From NCBI GenBank assembly GCA_020137815.1, contig CM035350.1, forward strand, positions 8,370,001 to 8,434,000: 64,000 nucleotides of DNA, given 5' to 3'. A program made the position numbers and the translations under genes. Under the pieces are notes generated by a model that was not told the DNA's origin, searched no databases, and saw nothing but the letters and a program-made list of their open reading frames with translations. Positions 12,414 through 23,402 of this stretch are shown here, one piece after another. This DNA comes from Hormiphora californensis. Its lineage: Eukaryota > Animalia > Ctenophora. Numbering within the stretch: position 1 is the first letter of the stretch; each line of letters starts with the position of its first letter.

Positions 12414-13073
12414 GGAACCATAATAAAGTTCAAGAGCGCACCCCATCCAAGAGCGTACCACCTCCAAAAGACACCACTCCAAGAGCGCACCACATCAAAG
12501 AGAGCTCCCCGTCCAGAAGATACCGTGCGCAGGGGACACCACGCGCAGAAGAGACCACACGCGCAAATACAACGCCGCGCTGGCAGGGGCGGTGCGCGGC
12601 GTTCAGTCACGAAAAAAATTTTGGGTCCAGCGCTGCAGAAAATGTAACGTGCGAAGTGGGTCCGGACCCAGCGCTGCCGCATAAGTTTTTTCTTGCGCGC
12701 ATTCGTTTTTTCAATTGAAAATCGGCTCATTTTTTCACTTTTTTGGTTGTTTTCGCCGATATTTTCACTTTTTAGCAAGTTTTCTCATTTTCTTCTCCTC
12801 TCTCGTCCAAAAAGTGGGTCCTGGACCCACAGGACCCAGCCTTGCTTCGCCCCTGCGCGCTGGTCTCTTCTGCGCGTGGTGTCCCATGCGCGTGGTATCT
12901 TCTGGATGGGGAGCTCTCTTTGATGTGGTGCGCTCTTGAAGTGGTGTCTTCTGGAGGTGGTGCGCTCTTGGATGTGGTCTCTTTTGGGTGTGGTGCGCTC
13001 TCAGGTGTGGTCTCTCTTCGATCGGGTACGCTCTTGGGTGCTCTTGGAGGCTCTTGAACTTTATTATGGTTCC
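12414..13073. mobile_element. Non-autonomous TIR element with ~20-bp subterminal repeats
   Basis: GGAACCATAATAAAGTTCAAGAGC ... GCTCTTGAACTTTATTATGGTTCC; repeated AAGAGCGCACCAC-like units are inverted between the arms. Confidence 0.75.
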
Positions 13074-13621
13074 TTATTTATATTGAGTAGAGTCTTTCAG
13101 AATCAACCGCGCGGCTTAATGAGAATGCTTTAGTTAGCGCGGCACACTCCCGCAGAGAAGACCTGAAAAACGTGCCGCCGTTTACCGCCACTCAAGAGGT
13201 CTCAAAAATATATCCTAATTGAGGGCCCTTCCAGTTTGTGTTTACTTTTAGCTCCCAAGATGTTTTATTACACATTTCTAACAATAAGTTGCTTTTAAGT
13301 AAACATTATTTACAATTACAGTTACACATCAAAAGAAGAGCGCCAAACGAGGAAAGAAGCAAGTCCGACGAGTAGCCGTCAAGCCGTGTACTTATGTAAA
13401 TTGGCCCTAGTACACTGAACAGTATATTTATTATCTCGTTCCCAAAACATAAACAAAGAGTTATTTCATTCTCCCTTTTGGCCAAAGAAAAATTGAGAAA
13501 AATGAAGCAAGAGAAGGGTCGTCGTTCCTTCATAAGGTCTAAAAATAAATCTCGCATATCAAACACATTCGACCAAACATTGTCTTTTCAAATTGGGGGA
13601 GAGGGGACTGGGGGTAAATTG

Positions 13622-14326
13622 CTAATACGTCAACCCTTCCTGTGGTTGGTGGCCCACTCCCTTAGCTTTCTGCATACCTCTGAAACACAGTTAAGGAGTT
13701 AGAACAGTGTCACACTGATATAAGGAGGTAGAAATGAATTGACGGGGAGGTGATATAAAACTTACAGCCAAACGTGTCTCAAAGCATCCTTGATAGTCAT
13801 ATTCTTAGACCAGCCACGGGGTAATACTGCCCTTAGATCTACCTGAAAAAGTATGGTGGTAAGAAACAACCACAAATAAACAAACAGACACATACAAATG
13901 AACAAACAAACAAACACCCACACATATGAACAAACGGACACGCAAATGAACAAACAAACAGACACCCACATAAACGGACACGCAAATGGAGCGCGCGGAC
14001 TAGCGCCTCTCTGATAGCGATAAGAGTGGCGCACTCTGCACAAGTTAAGGGTTCTCGCGCGTCACATACAGACATCACCATAGCCTAGAAGCAGAGTAAA
14101 ATGTATCTTTTTCATGTCCCAACTATCATGAACCATGATACCGCTCCAATTTGGTGTAAACTTGATCTCACTTACCACACCAGACGAGTTGACGAAGGGG
14201 ACATTAATTCTTGTTCTGAAGCGGATCTTGGGGGCGCATTCGGGGTACTCAGGTCCTGTCTCTATGTGCAGCGAGTACAGCCTGTTCTCAAATGGACACT
14301 GAACGGGAAATATGAGCTTAAAAAGG

Positions 14327-14392
<66 letters not shown>

Positions 14393-17300
14393 TCTCTCGC
14401 GCTCTCTCTCTCTCTCGATCTCTCGCTCGTCTCTCGCTCTCTCCTCTCTCCCTGCTCTCTCTCTCTCCCTCCTCTCTCTCTGCTCACTTTCCTTGTTGTA
14501 AAAGCGTTGTTACACCCCCCTCGTAACTACTCTACGACATGACAGTTTCCTTTTTCTCTCTCTCACCATCCATCAGTGTAATCTTTCGTTTTCAGAAATG
14601 CTGGGTAGCTATCATGATGCCTTCCAATGGTCAATTTCCACATATTTCTATCTCTATCTCGCGGCTCGCCAAATCCTAGTCAAGTCTATCTCTATCTCTA
14701 TCTTTCTATCTATATCTATCTCATCTTTATCTCTATCTTTCTCTATCTTTCTCTCTTTTTAGGCCAGTCATATGACGTTTTTTTCTCACCATAAAAGTTG
14801 TAAATCTAATTCCACTTCTAGGGTACTCTAATAGGTCCCTAGAATCACCAAAAAAATCCTTCGCGAATTTCGCGGTGAAGAACTTAGGTTTTTGGGCCAC
14901 GCCCTTTTACCTATATTTTTAGCCTGTTTTGTAAGACGTAACATGGCTTAGGAACGGAGTAGAGACAAAACTGAGGGCACTAGAGTGATCAGCGTCCTCG
15001 CATTAGTGGGGGTAGACACCGAAATTAAGTCTCTATCTTTTCAGGTTAATTAGATAATTGGATAATTAGATGCGCACATAGCCGTTTTGTGGTTACAGTC
15101 GGACCCCGATTTAGGGGCCCCCGATTTAGTGGCACCCCTATTTAGTGGCAGGAGTTTTTCCCCCCGATATAGGAAATTAACCTTATTTGACCCCGATTTA
15201 GTGGACACCCCGATTTAGAGGACAAGAGCCTTTCCCCCGAGGGTGTCCCTAAATCGGGGTCCGACTGTATATGGTAAAAACCATCATAGGAAACAAGTAG
15301 AGATGAAATCGAGGGCACCAAAGTGACCAGCGTCCTCGAATTAGTGGGGGTAGGAACCGGAATTCAGTCTCTATCTCATCTGGTTAATTAGATAATTAGA
15401 TAATTAGCTTTGCGCATAACCGTTTTTGGGCTATATGGCTATAGCCACTTAGGAATGGTTTAGAGACTTTTCACTGGTGCCATTTTGTAGGCAATGGCCA
15501 ATTTATGGGGGGTCTACGTCGGACTTTTAAGCTCTATTTCCAACCGTTTAGCCGTTATTTGGCTCTAAAGGTGCTCAAAATCGGGTTTTTTACCGTTTTT
15601 TGCCCATTTTGGGCACCTTTAAAGCCAAATAACGGCTAAACGGTTGGAAATAGAGCTTAAAAGTCCGACGTAGACCCCCCATAAATTGGCCATTGCCTAC
15701 AAAATGGCACCAGTGAAAAGTCTCTAAACCATTCCTAAGTGGCTATAGCCATATAGCCCAAAAACGGTTACGCGCAAAGCTAATTATCCAATTATCTAAT
15801 TAACCAGATGAGATAGAGACTTAATTCCGGTGTCTACCCCCACTAATGCGAGGACGCTGATCACTTTAGTGCCCTCAGTTTTGGCTCTACTCCGTTCCTA
15901 AGGCATGTTACGTTTTACAAAACAGGTTAAAAATATAGGTAAAAGGGCGTGGCCCAAAAACCTAAGTTCTTCACCGCGAAAATCGCGAAGGATTTTTTTT
16001 GGTGGTTCTAGGGACCTATTAGAGTGCCCTAGAAGTGGAATTAGATTTACAACTTTTTTGGTGAATTTTGATCTACATCCGACATCATATGACTGGCCTA
16101 TTTAATAATAATAATAATAATAACTATGTTTGTATTCCGCCCATATCCGACAGGGACAGAGCAGTAGAACTGTTGCTGTCACTGAAGGATGATCTGAACG
16201 GTTAACATACTTGAATAGACCTGCCGACTAATCCTTAATATTGCACACAAAAAAATGGTAAAGAAAAAAACAACGGCCCACATAACTATCGGTAACTGAA
16301 AACATAACAGACTGAGATAGAGTCCTGAAACTCTAAAAAGATGGTTTAAAAGTCCAATAGATAGAAAACACTCGTGCTATGAAAAAACCCAAAACGTGCT
16401 TCACACTTCTGCTCGCCACGAGCCAAAATACAGAAAAAATAAAACAGGTACCAGCTAGAGCACAAACCTCAGTAAGATGGAGAGAACACTCCTAGGACAA
16501 TCAGGATTCACCGAAAGCCTCAATGAAGAGACTAGTCTTGAGCTTAGACTTGAAAGAGTCCACAGAGTCAATTGCTCTCAGATCAATGGAAAGCTTATTC
16601 CAGATTTCAGGCAGATAAACCGACGGACGTCTCCTCCTCAACTTAGAAGTTGCATTCACACTGGATAGCTTAGGATACCTCAGCTTGAGGCCATCAGGCT
16701 GAGCGTTTCCTCTGGTAGTCCGGATCACATGTAGTCCATCATCCACAGGGACCTGTTCCTGCAGGTACACTGGAGCCAAGCCATGTACAATCTTGTACGC
16801 CATTAAGCAAACCTTGAACTTAACTCGCTGTTCAATCGGGAGGACGTGCATTTCACTCATGTAGGGCATGTAACTGTCCTGGTGACCATACAGGCCATAC
16901 ACAAATCTGACACATGAGTTCAGAACTCGCTGCAAGCTATCCAGGAGCTTCTTTGGTAAGCCAGAATAAAGGACATTACAGTAGTCAAGTCTCGAAACGA
17001 TGAGTTGCTTCACCAGAAGCATCTTGGTCGGTTTATCCAAACATCGGTTAACCTGCCACAAATTCTTGAGAAGCATTCCACATTGCTTCTTAACACTGTT
17101 GATCTGCCTTTCCATCGAAATGTTACTGTCTAGGAATACACCCAGGGTCTTCCCTGCAGATCCAGTAAATTCCATAGGGCTGATCTCCACTCCTCCAAAG
17201 CTTACTGTGGGCTGGAAGACCATCTTATCCAGAGCACTGCTCTTACCTAACAGTAAAAACTCTGTCTTTGCCTCATTACACTTAAGCCAGTGATCACTCA

Positions 17301-18387
17301 TCCACAGTTTCACACTTGATAGACACTCCTCAATCCTCTCCTTCGCTGCATTCCAACCATCCTCGTCAGTAGGCACAAGACTGATGTACAGTTGCGAGTC
17401 ATCAGCGTATAGCTTAATCCTCAGACCAAAGGGTCTAACCAAGTCCTGGAGCTCCTCGACATACAACAAGAACAATACCGGCCCAAGCAGTGACCCCTGT
17501 GGAACTCCACATATCAGCGTGATGATCCTCGAAAGCTCCCCCTCCACATTTACTCGGTAATTCCTACACTGTAGATAGCTGGCAAACCAATCCAGCACAG
17601 AGCCTTTCACTCCAAAACGTCCTTCCAGAGTCTCTAGCAGCTTCCCATGGTCCACTGTATCAAAGGCGGCACTCATGTCTAATAGAAAGAGGCCAGTGAC
17701 CTTTCCTTCATCAAGGTCTCGTAGTAAATCATCAAACATACCCATCAGGAGTGTTTCACAACTGTGTCCCACCCGATAACCCGATTGATGTTTGATAGAA
17801 TTCTATCAAAAGTTCTAGAATTCTATCAAAAGTTCTAGAATTCTATCAAAAGTTTTTAGAATTCTATCAAAAGTTTTAGAATTCTATCAAAAGTTTTAGA
17901 ATTCTATCAAAAGTTTTTAGAATTCTATCAAAAGTTTTTTAGAATTCTATCAAAAGTTTTTAGAATTCTAACAATAAGTTCGACATTTTTTGCTTGAATG
18001 AAACAAATCTCAATGAAGCAAATCTTCTCTCTCTCTCACCCTTGGTGGTCCAATAATAGTTGCGTTCCAATATGTCAGGGACATATCATCGTCTGTCTCG
18101 AGACCCCAGGAAATAGATCCATCTCCAACTCCTTTCTCTCCATCTTCCAACTCCTGCAGGAGCCGGAAACTTCGAGGTACTGAAAATGTTCAATTAGCAG
18201 TGAGTACATAATAATAGTAGGGGTCTTCATCGACAAACTAATAAACGACTTTATACAAGTTACAGTTAACCCGACTAACTGTGTGGCGTGTAATTGTATA
18301 CATGACCCCATTATGATCGGCAAACACAGTGCAACAACATTACACACACAGTGCACACACTTTATATAGCTTACCTTCTGTTGCCAT
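13622..18387 (-). CDS. UBE2V: Ubiquitin-conjugating enzyme E2 variant (Uev1/Mms2), 5 exons
   Basis: Exons ~18387-18375 (MATE), ~18179-18040 ([27 protein letters not shown]...TIIGPPR), ~14299-14177 ([20 protein letters not shown]), ~13842-13766 and ~13679-13622 (HQPQEGLTY*). Splice phases are compatible where checked. Confidence 0.93.
14762..16098. mobile_element. ~1.3-kb palindromic non-autonomous DNA transposon in UBE2V intron
   Basis: TIR GGCCAGTCATATGA...TCATATGACTGGCC with TA flanks; long internal arms are mirror images around ~15600. Confidence 0.8.
15096..15267. mobile_element. Tc1/mariner-like MITE (CAGTCGGACCCCGATTTA TIR, TA TSD), nested in the previous element
   Basis: TA|CAGTCGGACCCCGATTTAGG...CCTAAATCGGGGTCCGACTG|TA; related copies at 34018-34191 and 62386-62517. 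Confidence 0.85.
16103..17795 (-). mobile_element. 5'-truncated L2/CR1-group LINE (RT ORF 16501-17772) with (TTA)n tail
   Basis: RT motifs '[13 protein letters not shown]', '[10 protein letters not shown]', 'YADD' and 'SRLDYCN'; 3' UTR ends in TAA repeats on the + strand at ~16103-16122. Confidence 0.92.
17796..17970. repeat. ~19-21-bp minisatellite (AGAATTCTATCAAAAGTTT)n
   Basis: About 9 tandem copies directly at the 5' truncation point of the LINE. Confidence 0.9.
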
Positions 18388-18867
18388 CTAACTGTTCCAC
18401 ACACTGTAGATGGTAGCTTATATAACACTGCTACAGAAAATGGTAATGGGAGTTAGAGGGCATCATGATATTAGTTTTGGGAATTGGGGATGAGGGGAGA
18501 AGACATTGGGCTGGGGAACATATAGAACAGGTTGCGGACCTAAAATACGTTTACACTCGGTGATGAAGGTTAGAGATTCGTGATTAGGGAGGGAACCAAT
18601 TAAAAACAACTTATCGATGACTGTGAAATTCTTTATCTCTACACACATGACAATATAAATATTACTGCAAATCTTCTAAAACAACTCAAAATAAGAGGCA
18701 CCGGGCCAATTCTCAATTCAATATTCTGTCAACAGAATATTGAATTGAGAATTGCCCTGGTGCCATCATCATGATGAAACTCATGGAGAAAAAAAGTATA
18801 TTTCTGTACATTCCACTAATTAGATCAGCAAAAAACTAAATCTTCAATTGTCTTTTCTAAATCTTGC

Positions 18868-19611
18868 TCAAAGTCCAACTCTGTCTAGTTCCTCCTTCAC
18901 CAGCTCGCGTGTATTTTCAGGACTTGTGACCGTTTTACCCCTCACCCTCTCATCACTGAAAATCTCGTAATCATTGCCACCTGGATACGTTTTATCTCCG
19001 AAAAAGATGATCTCATCAAAGTCCTTGACCACATACTGCAGGCAGTAGGTTTTATCCCACCCGATGGGGAAGCAATCAAAAGATATCTGCCCTCCAATAC
19101 TGTACTTCATACCAAGGTCAGGATATTCAGCCTCGATGGCAGCGATGAATTTCTCCCTGATTTTGTGCTCTTTATCATACGCATCAAATTGATCTCTCTC
19201 TGCCTGGGTGCAGCTCCGTCCCACAGGACACACATTAATCATGCCATTTCGGAATTCAATAAAGGTACCCCGTTTTACTGGCAGCTCTATCTTGGACATG
19301 TATGCCAAACAAAAGTTGATAAAAGTTTGGATGGTTTTATCGCCCAACTTGTCAATAATATTCGTCTTCGCAATGATCTCTCCCTTCTGCTTGGCAACAA
19401 GGCCATTTTCAGAAAACATATATTCAGCAATCTCAGTGTGTCCATCGAGTTGTTCCACAATTTTCACCTCGTCAGAGCCCCCTACAATTCCCACGGTTAC
19501 CCGGGAGGCGAGGTCTTTCATGAAGGCCAACATAGTGGGGGTGATGATCTTTCGAGATTGGGTGAGAGTCCCATCTACGTCAAATAGAAACAAAGTACGG
19601 GATTTGGCCAT
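18868..19611 (-). CDS. PMM2: Eukaryotic phosphomannomutase (HAD superfamily, PMM2/SEC53-like), intronless CDS
   Basis: 247 aa with 'FDVDGTLT', 'VGGSD', 'KRGTFIEFRNGM', 'SIGGQISFD' and 'FFGDKT..GGNDYEIF'. Confidence 0.97.
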   Translation of the reverse strand: MAKSRTLFLFDVDGTLTQSRKIITPTMLAFMKDLASRVTVGIVGGSDEVKIVEQLDGHTEIAEYMFSENGLVAKQKGEIIAKTNIIDKLGDKTIQTFINFCLAYMSKIELPVKRGTFIEFRNGMINVCPVGRSCTQAERDQFDAYDKEHKIREKFIAAIEAEYPDLGMKYSIGGQISFDCFPIGWDKTYCLQYVVKDFDEIIFFGDKTYPGGNDYEIFSDERVRGKTVTSPENTRELVKEELDRVGL

Positions 19612-19647
19612 GCCTGTAATATAGAGTTGTAGGAAAGTGGAAGTTAG

Positions 19648-20494
19648 GGGACTAAAGGTGGGAAAGGGTGGGTACTTAATGTGGGAAAGGGTGGGTACTA
19701 AAGGTGGGAAAGGGTGGGTACTAAAGGTGGGAAAGGTTGGGTACTAAAGGTGGGAAAGGGTGGGTACTTAAGGTGGAAAAGGGTTGGTGGGAAAGGGTGG
19801 GTACTAAAGGAGGGAAAGGGTGGGTACTAAAGGTGGGAAAGCTAAAGGGTGGGTACTAAAGTTGGGAAAGGGTGGGCACTAAAGGGGGGAAAGGGTGGGT
19901 ACTAAAGGTGTGAAAGGGTGGGTACTAAAGGGGGGAAAGGGTGGGTACTAAAGGTGGGTACTAAAGGTGGGCACTAAAGGGGGGAAGTGTGGGTACTAAA
20001 GGTGGGTACTAAAGTTGGGAAAGGGTGGGTACTAAAGGTGGGAAAGGTTGGGTACTAAAGGTGGGAAAGGGTGGGTACTAAAGGTGGGAAAGGTTGGGTA
20101 CTAAAGGTGGGAAAGGGTGGGTACTAAAGGTGGGTACTAAAGGTGGGCACTAAAGGGGGGAAAGGGTGGGTACTAAAGGTGGGAAAGGGTGGGTACTAAA
20201 GGTGTGAAAGGGTGGGTACTAAAGGTGGGAAAGGGTGGGTACTAAAGGGGGGAAGTGTGGGTACTAAAGGTGGGAAAGGTTGGGTACTAAAGGTGGGAAA
20301 GGGTGGGTACTAAAGGTGGGTACTAAAGGTGGGCACTAAAGGGGGGAAAGGGTGGGTACTAAAGGTGGGAAAGGGTGGGTACTAAAGGTGGGAAAGGGTG
20401 GGTACTAAAGGTGGGAAAGGGTGGGTACTAAAGGTGGGAAAGGTTGGGTACTAAAGGTGGGAAAGGGTGGGTACTAAAGGTGGGAAAGGGTGGA
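19648..20494. repeat. G-rich ~20-bp minisatellite (GGGTACTAAAGGTGGGAAAGGGT-like)
   Basis: About 40 tandem units between RPL37A and PMM. Confidence 0.95.
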
Positions 20495-20555
20495 ACAGTT
20501 TAGTCGACAAAAACAATATGTTATGGTAAGGTAAAAACACGCTGATAAGAAGAAT

Positions 20556-20834
20556 TTAAGACTCTTGCAGATCCCTCAACCTCCTGATGGCCGACCTGAC
20601 AGTGGCAGCAGCAGTCGTACTGACGGCATAAGCTCCTCCGGCAACGGTCTTTCGGCAAGCTTTGCACTTCCAGATACCAACATCAGACCTCCTCATAGAG
20701 TCCTTTCCACAGAACATGCAGGTGTATTTGGCGTGCTGAGAGATCTCAATTTTCTTGATCATTTTCCTCAGAGAGGCTCCATACCTGGTACCGTACTTTC
20801 CGGTGATGCCAACCTTCTTGGTCCTTTTGGCCAT
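20556..20834 (-). CDS. RPL37A: 60S ribosomal protein L37a (eL43), copy 2
   Basis: [24 protein letters not shown] with C4 zinc ribbon. True ATG at 20834 follows an acceptor-like tract, so the ORF track's N-terminal extension is unlikely. Confidence 0.95.
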   Translation of the reverse strand: MAKRTKKVGITGKYGTRYGASLRKMIKKIEISQHAKYTCMFCGKDSMRRSDVGIWKCKACRKTVAGGAYAVSTTAAATVRSAIRRLRDLQES

Positions 20835-21096
20835 CTCTGCAGCTACGGGGAAAACATTGACATAAAGCAGAGGGTAGAATATGAAATAACAAAAGCCACT
20901 ATAGGTTTGCAATGCAAACTTTGCATAAGGAATAGTGGACAATGGTTATGGGGAAGCTTTCAGAGAAGTTCTAAAAAGACAAGGGACTATTTCGACGAGG
21001 AGAGATATGGTACGAAGCTAAAGAGCTGCAAAACCTGTATTTGACTTTGCAGGCCAGAAGAAAACAAATTGTTAGGAATAAAAACCATCAAATAAA

Positions 21097-21375
21097 TTAA
21101 GACTCTTGCAGATCCCTCAACCTCCTGATGGCCGACCTGACAGTGGCAGCAGCAGTCGTACTGACGGCATAAGCTCCTCCGGCAACGGTCTTTCGGCAAG
21201 CTTTGCACTTCCAGATACCAACATCAGACCTCCTCATAGAGTCCTTTCCACAGAACATGCAGGTGTATTTGGCGTGCTGGGAGATCTCAATTTTCTTGAT
21301 CATTTTCCTCAGAGAGGCTCCATACCTGGTACCGTACTTTCCGGTGATGCCAACCTTCTTGGTCCTCTTGGCCAT
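21097..21375 (-). CDS. RPL37A: 60S ribosomal protein L37a (eL43), copy 1
   Basis: Same 92-aa protein; ATG directly follows TTTCTTTAAATACAG. Confidence 0.96.
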   Translation of the reverse strand: MAKRTKKVGITGKYGTRYGASLRKMIKKIEISQHAKYTCMFCGKDSMRRSDVGIWKCKACRKTVAGGAYAVSTTAAATVRSAIRRLRDLQES

Positions 21376-22267
21376 CTGTATTTAAAGAAATAGTAAATTA
21401 CACGTGATTAATTAAGTCATGTGGACTAGAGTATTCGGGTGCAATTTGACGGATTTAACCAAGTTTATGCCATCAAATCTGGTTACTGGTATCTAATCTA
21501 GCATATTTTTCAATTAGCAAGAATGTATCATGTTTTTACATGGTGTAATGACGATAACTGCTGACAGAAAGTACTGGGCATTTTGCGTCGTGAGCGGCTC
21601 ACGGTGAGCCGTGAAACACAAGGATTTGGAATTTTGGCGTTTGCTGAAAAGTTTGAAGTTTACAAAAATAAAATGTTTGATTTCGGATCGTGCGCGCGCG
21701 GCGGCAAAGCAAAATTTCACGCGCGGCGTAAACTAATGATGAAACCAAGATTTTACCGCGCTTTCCTACATTTCACAAAAGTGCGACTTAAAAAACCTGC
21801 AATCAACCTTGGATTGTACTGCCATACTCATAGCATTGGCCCATACCCATAGCATTGGCCCTATTCTCCTTTATTTGTTTCAAATAAGAGAGTTCTGCCC
21901 GCGGAGCACGCTAGTCGCTAGAACTCTGTCTGGCGCCGCCGACCCCATCTGAGCGCACTGTTAAGAATCAAATTGGGGTATGGGCGCCGCCATACACTGA
22001 TACAGCTAGAACTGTGGTCACTAGTCTGACTAGTCTGACTAGTAGTCAGAGCATGTGCATGGCCCTCTTTCCAACAAATCCAAGATGCAATGAACATGAA
22101 GGACGGTTTCTTTGTCTCTGTCTCAGGCTAGGTCTAGTCTAGTCTCTGCAGAAATTACAGAGCTCTGTTTCTGAGCTGAGTCTGTCTCTGTCTGTCTGGC
22201 GCCGCGACCCCATCTGACTCTGAGCTGAGTGCACTCGCATGGGGTCTGGCGCCGCGCCGCCAGCCAG

Positions 22268-22447
22268 GTCTCTGTCTCTGTCTCTGTCTCTGTCTCTGTC
22301 TCTGTCTCTGTCTCTGTCTCTGTCTCTGTCTCTGTCTCTGTCTCTGTCTCTGTCTCTGTCTCTGTCTCTGTCTCTGTCTCTGTCTCTGTCTCTGTCTCTG
22401 TCTCTGTCTCTGTCTCTGTCTCTGTCTCTGTCTCTGTCTCTGTCTCT
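22268..22447. repeat. (TCTCTG)n hexamer microsatellite within a dispersed repeat family
   Basis: About 30 perfect units. The flanking motif TGTCTGGCGCCGC..ACCCCATCTGA recurs at ~21925, ~22193, ~25051, ~48087 and (inverted) ~48620. Confidence 0.9.
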
Positions 22448-23256
22448 CTTGGTTCCTTCCAACTGCTGCCCGATGGAACCTGCCTGCGGAGCGGTAGAGT
22501 CGAATATGTTGGCTCTCCGCACGTGGGCAGTTCCTAACCAACGCACGAGACGGAGTTCTTTTTTTTCACCACACTCATAGTGTCGGCCAAATCGCTGATA
22601 GTCCCTCGTGGGTTCCCCAAACCATGAGCGCCTCACGTGTGATGAGAATCATACCGGCTGGCCACTTGCACGATTCGATGTACCTCATTAGCGGCGGAAC
22701 CGCTTACAACTTTGAGGGTCCCTTAAAGGGTCCCTTCGGTCGGAGCGAGGACTAGTAGTCAGCCAGTCAGCCACTGTCGCCTCCACGCGGCTCGCTCCGT
22801 ATTATCACGCAGTCGACCAGTCGTCTAAAAAATGTACACCAACATGGCATATCAAAGATGTACGTCGTTTCAGGTCAATATTACATGTGTAGTTTTCACA
22901 GCATCTTTACACAACGTCCCACTGTGCAAGTGCAACTTTGCCGCCTAGCCGGAGACGAGCTAACCCTCAAGCCCACTGTGGCCTAGCTGATAGTTAAGGA
23001 ATTAGCGAATTATAATCAGACGGTGTGAAATACGGGAATTATGGCTGGCGTGAGAGAGACATATGTCAGACACCTTGTAACATATGAGGGTGGGCGATGA
23101 GGGCTGGGGAAAGGGTGCAATATCCGGGAAAGGTGTTAGCACCCTCAGTCCTAGTCACGTGTTATGAAGGGAGCTTTTCCATTGGTCAGATTGGCCCCCG
23201 GAACCCTGTAACCATACATTGTCGCAAACTGGGCACTCTCTCCCTCCTTCTTCTCC

Positions 23257-23402
<146 letters not shown>

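Noticed and set aside
20835-20942. N-terminal extension of RPL37A copy 2 in the ORF track
   Set aside because: It starts at a non-ATG codon and runs through an acceptor-like tract; the conserved protein begins at 20834.
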